DNA of 64,000 bases from Octopus sinensis (taxonomy: Eukaryota), in contig NC_043002.1 in NCBI RefSeq assembly GCF_006345805.1, positions 83,762,001 through 83,826,000 of the forward strand. Reading direction: 5' to 3'. Under the pieces are notes generated by a model. It made no database searches, was not told the origin of the DNA, and saw nothing but the letters and a program-made list of their open reading frames with translations. Positions 52,961 to 64,000 of the stretch are shown piece after piece (the stretch's first letter is position 1; each line of letters begins with the position of its first letter). A program made the translations under genes and the position numbers.

Positions 52961-55353
52961 ATTTTGGTCATCTGTATTATCAGACAATTGCAACAAAAAA
53001 AATGTTTAAAAAAATTCAAACTCTGTAAAAGTCCGGTCCAACTTCTTCATGGTTTTACTCAACCTGATATATATATATTGTGGTTAGGATGTTGCGATTG
53101 CGGGATTGTGGTTTCGATTCCCAAACCGGGTGTTGCGTTGTGTTCTTGAACAAAACACCTCATTTCACGTTGCTCGGCAATCATTTCATCATCTAGCATG
53201 TGGCATGTCATGCACCTGTACAGGTAATGTTGATTTGATGAAGGGAGTGAGATTATGTGAACTCAAACATTTGACCTCTATAAACAAATCATCTGTGTGG
53301 TCGTTCAACAAGAAACTGAAAAACCATCATACATCGCCTAACGACGGGAGAGTCCATGATGTATATATGAATATAAAGAGAGATAGGGAGAGCGACAGAG
53401 AGAAAGAAAGGGAAGGAGAGAGGGCGGGACAGAGAGATAAAATAATATCAAGGAAAAAGACCTCAGTACTAAAATGCTGGTGGAGGTACATGGCCTAGTG
53501 GTTAGAGCAGCGGACTCGCGGTCGAGGGATCGCGGGTTCGAATCTCAGACCGGGCGGTGTGTGTTTATGAACGAAACACCTAAGCTCCACGCGGCTCCGG
53601 CAGAAGGTAATGGCGAACTTATGCTGACTCTGTCGCCACAACTTTCTCTCACTCTTTCCTCCTGCATCTTGCAGCTCACCTGCGACGGACCGGCGTCCCG
53701 TTCAGGTGGGGAACCTATACGCCAAGGAAACCGGGAAACCGGCCCTATGAGCCAGGCATGGCTCGAGAAGGAACAAACAAACTAAAATGCTGAGCGCTCT
53801 ATGTATTTGTTTATTAGCTTGATATTCTGCCGTTTATATTTCAAAATATTCTTTCGCCAAATAGTGACTCCTTGAACAATGTTTTTTTTTTTTATTATAC
53901 CATGTAGCTTCTTAAAATAAGAATAAAAATAAATCGTTTTTTCTTTTTTTCGGGCCTTATGCCCAGAGTAGAAAAGATTATTTATTTGACTTATCTACTA
54001 TAATAAAATGCTATCTATTACAACGAGAGCAAATGACTGATAGTCTTTTTTTTTTGAGTCACACGACCAAAATAGCATTTTATTCTCTTATATATTCACT
54101 ACGAAGTACTTATGAATTATGCATCGCATAAATTATGCAAGAAAGAGAGGTCGGAGCAGTTTCTTATCAAAAGTATGCAACTAGCGATTGCAAAATGATA
54201 CGTGCTGACAATAAAACCAAACTAGCAATTAATTTTGCACGCAAAAATCTAATCCCAATCGTTATCTAGAAACAGAAGTAAAATTTCCATTAAAATACAT
54301 TCTACTGCCTTCAAAAACGAAAAATTCGTTGGCCAAAATAGACCTTGAACATACAAAATGGAACAACGATCATGGCTGGAACAATTTGAACATAGATCTT
54401 CAATACCGTTCTGGTCCTAAACAGTAAATACAAAACTCTCCAAAATCTATGTTTACATAGCGTAAATATTCATTTGTCATCCCCTCTATGTTTAGCGCCT
54501 TGTGGGCAATAAAGAAATAAGAAAATATTAATTTGTCAATCACAAAATGTACTTTCATTTCTTTCTCTCTCCGTCTCTCTCTCACTTTCTCTTTCACTTC
54601 ACATATATGCACGCACGCACACACAGACACGCGCGCGCGCACACACATATATGCATATATGTAGGCTGGCGAGCTGGCAGAAACGTTAGCGCGCCGGGCG
54701 AAATGCTTAGCGGTATTTCACCTGTCGTTACGTTCTGAGTTCAAATTCCGGCGAGGTCGACTTTGCTTTTCATCCTTTCGGAGTCGATAAATAAAGTACC
54801 AGTTACGCACTGGGGTCGATGTAATCGACTTAATCCGTTTGTCTGTCCTTCTTTGTCCCCTCTATGTTTAGCCCCTTGTGGGTAGTAAAGAAATATATAT
54901 GCATATATGTGCATATGTATAAACAATGTTTAAGAAGGCTATAGTAATGTAATTGGAAGACTAAACACAAATAAGAAAGGAAAATATTATAGGAATTCGG
55001 TATTTCAAATCAGATGCTCCCTTACGAAGAGTTGAGAGAAAAGGAGCAAATAAAGCAGTATCCGTGTAGGTTGTCGTATTGAGTTTGTATGAGAGTGAAA
55101 TTTGAAAGAACGTGTGTGTTTAAATGAGAAGCTTTGAGCTGTAAATTTGTTCCACCCTCTATCAACGGCAAGGGATCTACAGTGACGCGTGTGTGGGAAG
55201 GAATTTAAAAAAAATATTGTGATTAATAGTAGCCGACAGGAATGGTTTTATGAGATGCATTGCATGCCAGAAGTTTTGAGACTTTTTTTAGGAGGGTCAG
55301 TTATAACTGTTCTAGAATATTGTAATTTTAAATACGTCATTACTTTACATCTA

Positions 55354-55960
55354 TTAAGTTGACCCGCCAAATTTTTTTATTCCAAATTGGAAAAGACGGC
55401 GGTAACCCTACTTAACACTACTTGCCACAGCTGACTTGTTTGCAGAATGCATCTGGACGCGAAGACAAATTGGAACCTCGCTATTCTATACAGTCTTGAG
55501 TTAAAACTGAGTAAAAATATTCCAGAAACTTATGAAATACTTCAGACTAATTATAAATTAATTTGTATGGGCCGAGCATCTGTTCTTCACTCGCACAGGA
55601 GGTTCAAGGACGGTAAGGAAGAGATGAAAGATGGTGAGATGTGTGGGAAGAGAGGGACGTCAGAACATTAGAGCTAGTTGAGAAACTCCGCAATTTTCTA
55701 AATGAAGACGGTTGTGTGTCTATAAAGACAATAAGCATACAGTTTGGAGTTGGTTTTGCAACTGTACACATAATTATTTATGAAGATCTGAAGATGTGCA
55801 AAATTTGTTACCAGTGACGAACAGAAGGAAAGACGTGTCAGCGACAGCAGAGAGAGAGGGTTGAGCCAATTTCCTCCAGTTCAAGAGTACGTGAGTCTCT
55901 GATGCCCTTTAACGAAAGCTGGATCTACTGTTATCATCCAGAAACTATGAGACAGAGTTG
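55354..55960 (+). mobile_element. Degraded mariner 5' part
   Basis: Helix-turn-helix-like ETYEILQ....CMGRASV...HRRFKDG; TA-flanked start. Confidence 0.6.
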
Positions 55961-56053
55961 TAGTGGTGTAGCAGATGATGCTAGGCGTGTTGAACTGGCG
56001 TCGATGGAAAACAACGAAGAAAGAATAGGAATGTAGTTTACATTATATATTTG

Positions 56054-56489
56054 GGATCTTTTCGGTTTGAACGGCAGTTTTTTTCTAGCGGTGTCATATG
56101 AAATTGTCACCCATAATTATGACCCTAGTATCGATCTATTGCATTTCAATCTGTTTTAGGGTTAGGGTTAGTTGGGGTTAGTTAGGGTTAGGGGTGGGGG
56201 GAAGGGTATCTTTTTCTTCAGAAATGTAAATAAACCCAATCTGTTTCTTAAACGAGGGACATATTCATACAGCACAGAATGTTTTCACCTCAATAGACGG
56301 TCGTTGATTGGTTGAAATTGCAGAAATTGAAGAAAAAAACAACAAATATCTTACAAACTATAGAATTTTCTCAATAAAGCCAAAAGAAAAAGATGTTTTA
56401 TAAACACATTCTACCAGTATACGAAGTTTAAAATTTTTTAGTTACCTAAAAATTATTTTAGAAAACTGCCGGTCAAACCGAAAAGATCC
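56054..56489. mobile_element. Same MITE family, copy 2
   Basis: Same TIRs and internal sequence as 4415-4814; TSD tatatttg at 56046-56053 and 56490-56497. Confidence 0.88.
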
Positions 56490-56699
56490 TATATTTGGTC
56501 ATAGTTGCATCCACTTTGTTGGATACTTGAAACAAATATGCCGCTACGTAATGTAGCCAACCAATTCGAGTCGACGAAGTTGCGTACGCAGAGATATGTG
56601 CGTAGTAAAACGGAGGAAAGAGAATGTTGATGGGACGAGACAGTACAAAGACATACATTGTATTTGTGTGTGCGTTTGCCCATCGCTCCGGCTGTGTTG

Positions 56700-56789
<90 letters not shown>

Positions 56790-56867
56790 CTGTTCTGTGG
56801 TCTGCAATTGCTACATACATACATACATACATACATACATACATACATACATACATACATACATACA

Positions 56868-57130
56868 TGATAATGGTTGCCCCCTTGTTATCGAGTATGG
56901 CCATTGCACGAAGCTTAGTTGTTACTGGTGCTGTGATCGAATGTGACTTTTTAGCCCAGCTAAAGATCGACAATGTCTTGTACAGAATTGGCAACTAAGA
57001 CTTTTACTAGTAATAGCCGGCTGTAGTTGTAACTGGGCTTCATGTACCTTTGCATGTCGTTTAAGTCCTCCTGCCGAATTACACTCTCTTCCACATGCCC
57101 GATAGATATGATTAGTATGGTGTCTAACAC
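56868..57130 (-). mobile_element. RTE LINE 3' end with two C2H2-like zinc fingers, embedded in (TGTA)n
   Basis: ACGRECNSAGGLKRHAKVH and CQFCTRHCRSLAGLKSHIRSQH; tetranucleotide tracts on both sides. Confidence 0.8.
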
Positions 57131-58642
57131 CATACATACATACATACATACATACATACATACATACATACATCTAGTACATATAAATCGCATTATGCGT
57201 GTGTACTAACGCACACATTTCCACAATTCTCAACCGATTTTCTCCAAACTTTAAACACACATTAGTTATGTCCCAAGGATTTTCATGGACTATAACATTT
57301 TCCCCAGAACTCCCGCGTAAATGGATGTAAATGGACATAGTTTTTTTGTATGTTGGGTCTTCCATACTTTTTTTTATCAATTTATAAAAGAGAAAGGATT
57401 TTGTCTAGTTATTTACTTCGACAGTCTATCTGCGTGGTGACCCAGTCAGGAAACAGGATTTGGAGGTTGTCATTTTGTTTTCATGTAAATAAACGTTTAT
57501 GTTAATTTAAAAGATAAAAATCTTATTTAGCTGTTATTTTTAGCACAACACGTATCATGTATCTCTTTCATGTAAATAAATACTTATGTTAATTTAAAAG
57601 ATCTTCCAAATTCGTTGTATGTACATAGCTGTAGGCAGCAGGTAAACAAGCTGGCTATACAGAGAGAGGGCGCCACACAACATTGAGGTTCAGACATGTG
57701 ACTTCATCTCTTTCTCTCTTTCTGCATGGACACGCAAGCTATGAGGACGCAACCTGACTGGCTCTATCTTATGCCACAGGCCAGCTAGCAAATGGGAGCA
57801 TAGCACAGAAGACCATGGCCCTTCCACACCAACCATTCTGTTTGTCATTCCATTGAGTATGTACGTGTGGTTACAAATAAACGTGTTTAAGTTACAACCT
57901 TGCTCGTATGCGTTTTCTGTCCGGGTTTAGTACCAGCGAGATTACAGCCTTCTGAGAGTCATAATAGTAGCTCAATAACGACCGGCACCATCTAAATAGT
58001 TTTTTATATGTAGGGTCTTCCATGCATTTTTAAATCTATATCGTCTTGTATTGGCATTAGAGAATATTTTTGACTGATTAAATTGACTAGGGACTCCGTA
58101 CGTAATGAATATCCAATACCAAACAATCTTAATATCCATATTTAAGTTACATTAAACTTTGGCAAGCTTACCTTTACCTATTCTGAGTTACTTGAAAGGT
58201 GATGTTCCATTTCCTCTCTTCTATTTGTTAATACCTTTGTTTAAATACCAATGCGTTGTTTCATTTATTTACACATCCATTATGATATTTCGACTGTTGT
58301 CCATTGTTTCAAATACGTTTTAGCATTGAGGTTGTAGCCTTTTTAAACAATTACATATGATTCATCTCAAAGAATCAACCTCTAAATTTCAATGTTTGCT
58401 GGTCACTGTTGTGTACATCACAGGAGAACAGCTGTAGAAAGTATATTAACTGTATTAACTGTAGACAGTGGGATCACAACTGTGTGTGTGTGTGTGTGTG
58501 TGTGGTGCGCGTGTGTGTGTGGTGCGCGTGTGTGTGTGTATGTGTGTGTACGTGTGTGTATATATTCAAAATGTGACCGCGTGTGTACCGTTGGCGATTT
58601 TTCCCCTCTGTCTTCCCTTCTCTGGATCTTTCCTTCTCCTAT

Positions 58643-58677
58643 GTTTCCGAAGAAGAGCTCCGCTCGAAACGTTAAAC
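58643..58677 (+). ncRNA. Minimal type I hammerhead motif in a Penelope-type terminal remnant (58560-58790)
   Basis: GUUU-CCGAAGA-A-GAGC-ucc-GCUC-GAAA-CG-U-U-AAAC: stem I 4 bp, stem II 4 bp, palindromic ACGU stem III; U4 reads C. Confidence 0.55.
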
Positions 58678-59415
58678 CCTCCTTCTTTCCTTCTTTCCTG
58701 AGCGTCCAATAATACTATTTTTGTTCCACGTCCTCGCGTTGTTGTGTTTTCTCTTTGTGTTTTCATGTTTGGTTTAACTATATATATATATATATATATA
58801 CAACGGGTTTCTTTCAGTTTCCGTCTACCAAATCCACTCACAAGGCTTTGGTAGGGCTGAGGCTATAGTAAAAGACATCTGCCCAGTGTGTCTCACTGTG
58901 AGACAGAACCCAGAACCATTTGGTTCGGAAGCAAAGGGATTCTGGGAAACCAGTGTTTCGAGATGATCTGTCTCGTTACTCAGAACTATCCGAAACTTTT
59001 CAGCTTAAACAATCCACTGGCATCGTTTATATTTTCAGCGAACAAAATTGCTTGTTGATCAGTGCCAGTTGTATGCTAATCGATAAATAAAAATCGTTAT
59101 TTGCACTATGTACGGCGAGATTTGAAACGTTGATTAATATATTTATTCCTAATCCGTTCTAGCAGATTCGAACGGATTATATGCCGGTCGCTGTTATGTA
59201 GATGTTAAATGGTAGTGAGAAAAGGACAAGAATTAAAGAGCATCTGATTTCAACGAAATTTTCAATCAAAAAGTTAGAATAGGAATGAAGAATTTTGGGA
59301 TTGTCTTGCAATGGTGAGGGTAGCGAGTAGAGGAACTGTGAGAAAGAGAAGTTTGTGTGAGGTAGTGAGGGATTACGTGAGCATCTTTTATTTTATATTT
59401 TTCGAATATTTAAAG

Positions 59416-59603
59416 GTGCGGCAGCAATTGAGGTTGGACTTGAAACAGCTGATATGGTCGTAAAAGAAGCACGATCAATGTGGTTGCACTCACAATCCAC
59501 CGATATTATGAAAACCGAGCATATTCCTTACCACTGTAGCTTAGCTGCCAGTTTCAGCAATCTTACCTCAGCTAAGGTCAAGGCTATGGACGAAGAATTG
59601 CAG
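59416..59603 (+). CDS. 188-nt coding exon (SAAAIEVGLETADMVVKEARSMW...YHCSLAASFSNLTSAKVKAMDEELQ) of the same gene
   Basis: T-rich tract then aaAG at 59415, stop-free, phase-1 start matches the microexon, donor CAG|GTAAGA at 59604. Encodes an amphipathic helix followed by a Y-x9-N-x-T strand motif. Confidence 0.78.
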
Positions 59604-61335
59604 GTAAGAACACATTTATTTATTTACTTATTTCAGTCATTGGACTTCGGCCATGCTGGGACACCTTCTTGAACAATTTTAGTGGACCAAATCGACCATG
59701 ATACTTATTTTAAAGTTTAGTACTTGGCGAACCGATAAGTTACGGTGTCGCAAACAAACGAACACCGGCTGTCAAGCGGTAGCTGAGGACAAGCACGCGC
59801 ACACACACGGACGTACGCAGGCATACACACATACATGCATACACACATACATACATACATACATGCATGCATTCAAGCACACACACATACATGATTACAT
59901 ACATGCATACACACAGTGATATATATATATAAATATATATATGACGGGCTTCGTTCAATTTCCGTCAACCAATACACTCATAATGCTTTGGTGGGCCTGG
60001 GGTTACAGTAGGAAAATGTTCACCCAACTCACAGCAAATAAAAAAAATAAATAAATAGGCACAGGCGTGGGTGTGTCGAAAAAATTTTGCTTGCCAATCA
60101 CGTTTTGTGTCACCGCGTTTTAATATTGATTTTATACACATTCTGAGATTGGGTTCGAAACAGGAACTTTTGTTTCTAAATTTAAAGTGCGACGTTCGTA
60201 TGGTTAAGAACTTCATTTCATAAACTAGAACCATTCTCAGATCTATTCATAATTAATTAGTATTTTATTGGTTTATTGTTAATAATTACGGACCCAAATT
60301 CCTTAACTACTTCGCTCGGACGCTCCAGCATTCAACGCCAGCTCGGTGTAGAGTGACCAATAAGCAACTCTATGGTAACCTTCCCTAGTTGACCAAGAAG
60401 ATAGCAGGGCAACAGTCGCAACTTACCGGCCTCGACTGGCCAAGTTATCTTCTGGGAGCCGACCCAATGAACTGTGGGCATTCTTCTAAAACTATAGAGG
60501 AAGGAAAACAATTGCTCAATGACTATTAAGGAACTTAGGACATTCGTGATAGAACGAGATATGCAGCGTATCAATCATTATGCCCCAAGCAAGTACAAGT
60601 TACAATCGATAGAAGGAAAAAAATATATTCTTTCAATTTTTTGAAAAGAAAATATAACTTAGTTAATGAAAGTATTTCATCTGTGGCATTTTCAATGCCC
60701 GTATGTTAACTTAAGGGCTTTCCTAATAAAGCAGTTTATGAAATCCCAAATTTGATTTCTTGTATTGGTACACAGTGCAAATTTTGCTGAAAAGGTGGAG
60801 CGTTGAGTTTAGTTTCATGACATATATATATTCTCTTATTCTCTTACTTGTTTCAGTCATTTGACTGCAGCCATGCTGGAGCACCGCCTTTCGTCGAGCA
60901 AATCGACCCCAGGACTTATTCTTTGTAAACCTAGTACTTATTCTATCGTTCTCTTTTGTCGAGCTGCTAGGTTACGGGGAGGGAAAGGCACTAGCATCGG
61001 TTGTCAAGTGATGTTGGTGGGGAGAGACAAACACAGACATGCAAACATATTCACACACATACATATATATATATATGCGAAGGGGCATCTTTCAGTTTCC
61101 GTCTACCAAAACATCTCACAAGGCTTTGGTCTGCCCGAAGCTATAGTAGAAGACACTTGCCCAAGGTGCCAAGCAGTGGGACTGAACTCAGAACCATGTG
61201 GTTGGAAAGCAAGCTACTTACCACACAGCCACTCTTGAGCCTATTGGTATACGGTGTACATTTTTCTGAAAAGGTTACGCATTGATTTTAGTTTCATAAC
61301 ATACATATACATATATGTATATATGCATATATGTA

Positions 61336-61380
<45 letters not shown>

Positions 61381-61386
61381 ATATAT

Positions 61387-61420
<34 letters not shown>

Positions 61421-61442
61421 CATATACACACACACATATATA

Positions 61443-61490
<48 letters not shown>

Positions 61491-61500
61491 TATATATATC

Positions 61501-61554
<54 letters not shown>

Positions 61555-61810
61555 TAGTAGTTGATGATTGAAAGAAATCTATTCCTCCATTTTATTATTT
61601 TGTATTATGTATGTATATATATATATATATATGAACATTTTAATTGTCAACATTGAAACTTTTAAAGATGTTTTTCTATTCATAATTCTAAATTTTATTT
61701 TTACCTTTGATAAACCCAAAATATCGCTGAAACTAATTTGGTATATATGAAAATAAATTTATTTTAAACAATTGCAAGTTTTCAAATTTAGGTGCATCTC
61801 AACAACAAAT

Positions 61811-61862
<52 letters not shown>

Positions 61863-62130
61863 CTTGAAAATCTCGTGAGGTTGGTGATTTTGTGAGGCTA
61901 TTCGAGTTATGTTTGTTAGCTCTTATTTCTAGCAATTGCAGGTGCTATTGCACCCTTATTTATGTATTCTACCTTCCTTCTTGGTTCTTAATTGCTATAG
62001 CTATCTATATTATAATGCATTTAATGTGTCATAATATTAATTTATCGTTATAATATCTTATTGTATTTATATACACTACCCGGACCCGTTAAAACTTCAC
62101 GGAAAATGTAAAAAAATGTAAGCGTTTGTA

Positions 62131-63412
62131 TCAGGTCATCCCATAAGTTCTGTCCGAATTTTGACTAAAGAAAACAAGTGATCAAATGTTATATTTAATT
62201 GAAATTTAATCGTCAATGTACTTTCTCTGATTATCTATGACTTCCTTCCATCTATTTACAAGCTTTTTAATCCCATCAATGTAAAACTCTTTTGGTTTCA
62301 AAGCGAAGAACTCTGAAATGTCAATTTCGACCTCCTCCTGGCCTGCGAAAGTTATGTCCCCCAAATGATTCTGTAAACAATGAAACAGATGGTAGTCTGA
62401 AGGAGCAAGGTCTGGAGAATAAGGTGGATGAAGAATTTTTTCCCAACCAAGCTCTTCGATCTTCTGTGATGTGATCTTTGTAGTGTGGGGTCGCGCATTG
62501 TCCTGATGAAACATCACTCCTTTTCGATTTACTAAAGCGGGTCTTTTTTCTTCAAATCTTGGTTCAAACGCTCTAATTGCTGACTTGAGCATTGATTGTT
62601 GCATTAGGTGGTAACAATTCAAAGTGAATTACTCCTTTGCAATCCCACCAGATAATAGAGAGAAAAACCTTTTTCCCATGAAGTTCCCTTCTCGGTTGTG
62701 GTTGAGCTTTTCCCCTTTTACTAGGCTGCTGTTTACGACGTTTAACATTTCGATAGACGATCCATTTTTCGTCACCAATCACATGTCTATCCAAAAAGGG
62801 TGAAATGAGTTGGTGAGAATGGAGAGAAGAGCAGATGTCAACCTGGGATTTGTAGTTGCTTTCGGACAATTCCTGAGGCACCCATTTTCCAAGTTTAGGA
62901 ACCTTTCCAAGTTGTTGAAGATGACGATGAACAGTTGTATGGTTTGAACTAAGCTTTATTGCCAAATCTTCAACTGGTAATGCAGGATTTTCTTCAAGTA
63001 ATGCCTAGAGGAGCTTATCATCAAACTCAACTGGACGTCCTGTTCGATCTTTATCTTCAAGGCTGAAATTTCCTTTTCTGAATATTGCAAACCATCTTCT
63101 GCAAGTTCTTTCATTCAAGCATTCTTTCCCATAAACTGAGTGTATATTTCGAGTCGCTTTGGCTGCAGAGTTTCCTTTTTTGTACTCATAAAGCATTATG
63201 TGCCTCAAATGCTCTTTGGATACTTACATGTTAAAAAGGGTTTTAATCAAAGAAATTTTAATTCTATTATTCTGTAAAATAATATTTAATTTGTTTAAAT
63301 GTACACAAATTCATAAAATGATTTTTAATTCCATTAGACATTCTAAAATGCTATTAAATTTCACTCAATTTTAAAAAAGGTAAAATCGGACAGAACTTAT
63401 GGGATGACCTGA
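62131..63412 (-). mobile_element. Near full-length mariner (DD34D) element, frameshifted
   Basis: ~30-bp TIRs tcaggtcatcccataagttctgtccga, TA on both flanks; ORF pieces RHIMLYEYKKG, WVP, GDEKW, HQDNARPH, HPPYSPDLAPSDYHLF. Confidence 0.95.
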
Positions 63413-63840
63413 TAATTTGTGTGTTGATGCCATGAGAAATGTTTCTATATTGTGACAGTTACAGAATATAGAAAGACGTGTAAAACCGACAACTATAAAA
63501 TCCAACCAAAATATCACACTTACGCAAACATAAATAGAATTACTATTTAGCCTTAAAATACGTCACACATGTTCAAAGAACCTTCTTGGTTTAGCGGTAC
63601 GGAACGTTCTTCTGGTATTCTTTTATTCTTTTACTTGTTTCAGTCAAATGACTGAGGCCATGCTGGAGCACTGCCCTTTAGTCGAAGAAAGTGACTCCTG
63701 GACTTATTCCCTGTAAGCCTGACGGTTATTCTATCAGACTCTTCTGCCGAACAGCTAAGTTACGTGGACGCAAACACACCAACATCGGTTGTCAAGCGAT
63801 GGTGGTGGAGGAACAAACACAAACATACACATACTTATAT

Positions 63841-63874
<34 letters not shown>

Positions 63875-64000
63875 CGAAATTACTACGATGATCCGGTTCT
63901 TGACTGAAGACTGAGGGTTCGAATGTCCTGTCCGTGTTTATTGTATCGTCTTCTAAGAGTTATACGTTCTTGTCCATGTTGTATTTTTCTACATACCTTA

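Noticed and set aside
53485-53560. tRNA-like sequence (also 13875, 19340, 38270, 51880)
   Set aside because: These are SINE heads continuing into SINE bodies, with no complete cloverleaf acceptor stem.
56920-57173. Possible host C2H2 zinc-finger gene
   Set aside because: No splice context; it ends in a LINE-type 3' UTR and tetranucleotide tail and is bounded by microsatellites.
57610-57995. Possible second solo LTR (GC-richer block with AATAAA)
   Set aside because: No matching TG...CA termini with a TSD could be established.
61900-62040. Possible next exon of the toxin-like gene (ttctag/ttgcag acceptors)
   Set aside because: Translations do not continue with the expected xG motif and no convincing donor follows.

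Overview
AT-rich eukaryotic DNA dense in microsatellites and transposon debris. The SINE/LINE families and composition point to an octopod cephalopod, which is an inference. One 100-N assembly gap lies at 7528-7627. Two host genes are supportable. (1) The last coding exon of an OPA3 orthologue (+, 15178-15548); its first exon was not found in the window. (2) A spliced + strand gene that the ORF track misses: TATA box at 43097, signal-peptide exon 43156-43207, 15-nt microexon 46876-46890 and a 188-nt exon 59416-59603. These join in frame, resemble the N-terminus of actinoporin/echotoxin-like pore-forming proteins, and the gene runs off the right end. The rest is mobile DNA: a near full-length Penelope-like element with pseudo-LTRs, a candidate U3-A8 hammerhead ribozyme, a CRE+CCAAT array and a nested solo LTR; RTE, R4/Dong-like and CR1-like LINE fragments; an intron-containing Tc1; mariners; a hAT relic split by a MITE; many SINEs; and several fold-back inverted repeats. 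Family assignments come from motif recognition by eye and from memory. No database search was run, and boundaries of degraded elements are approximate.
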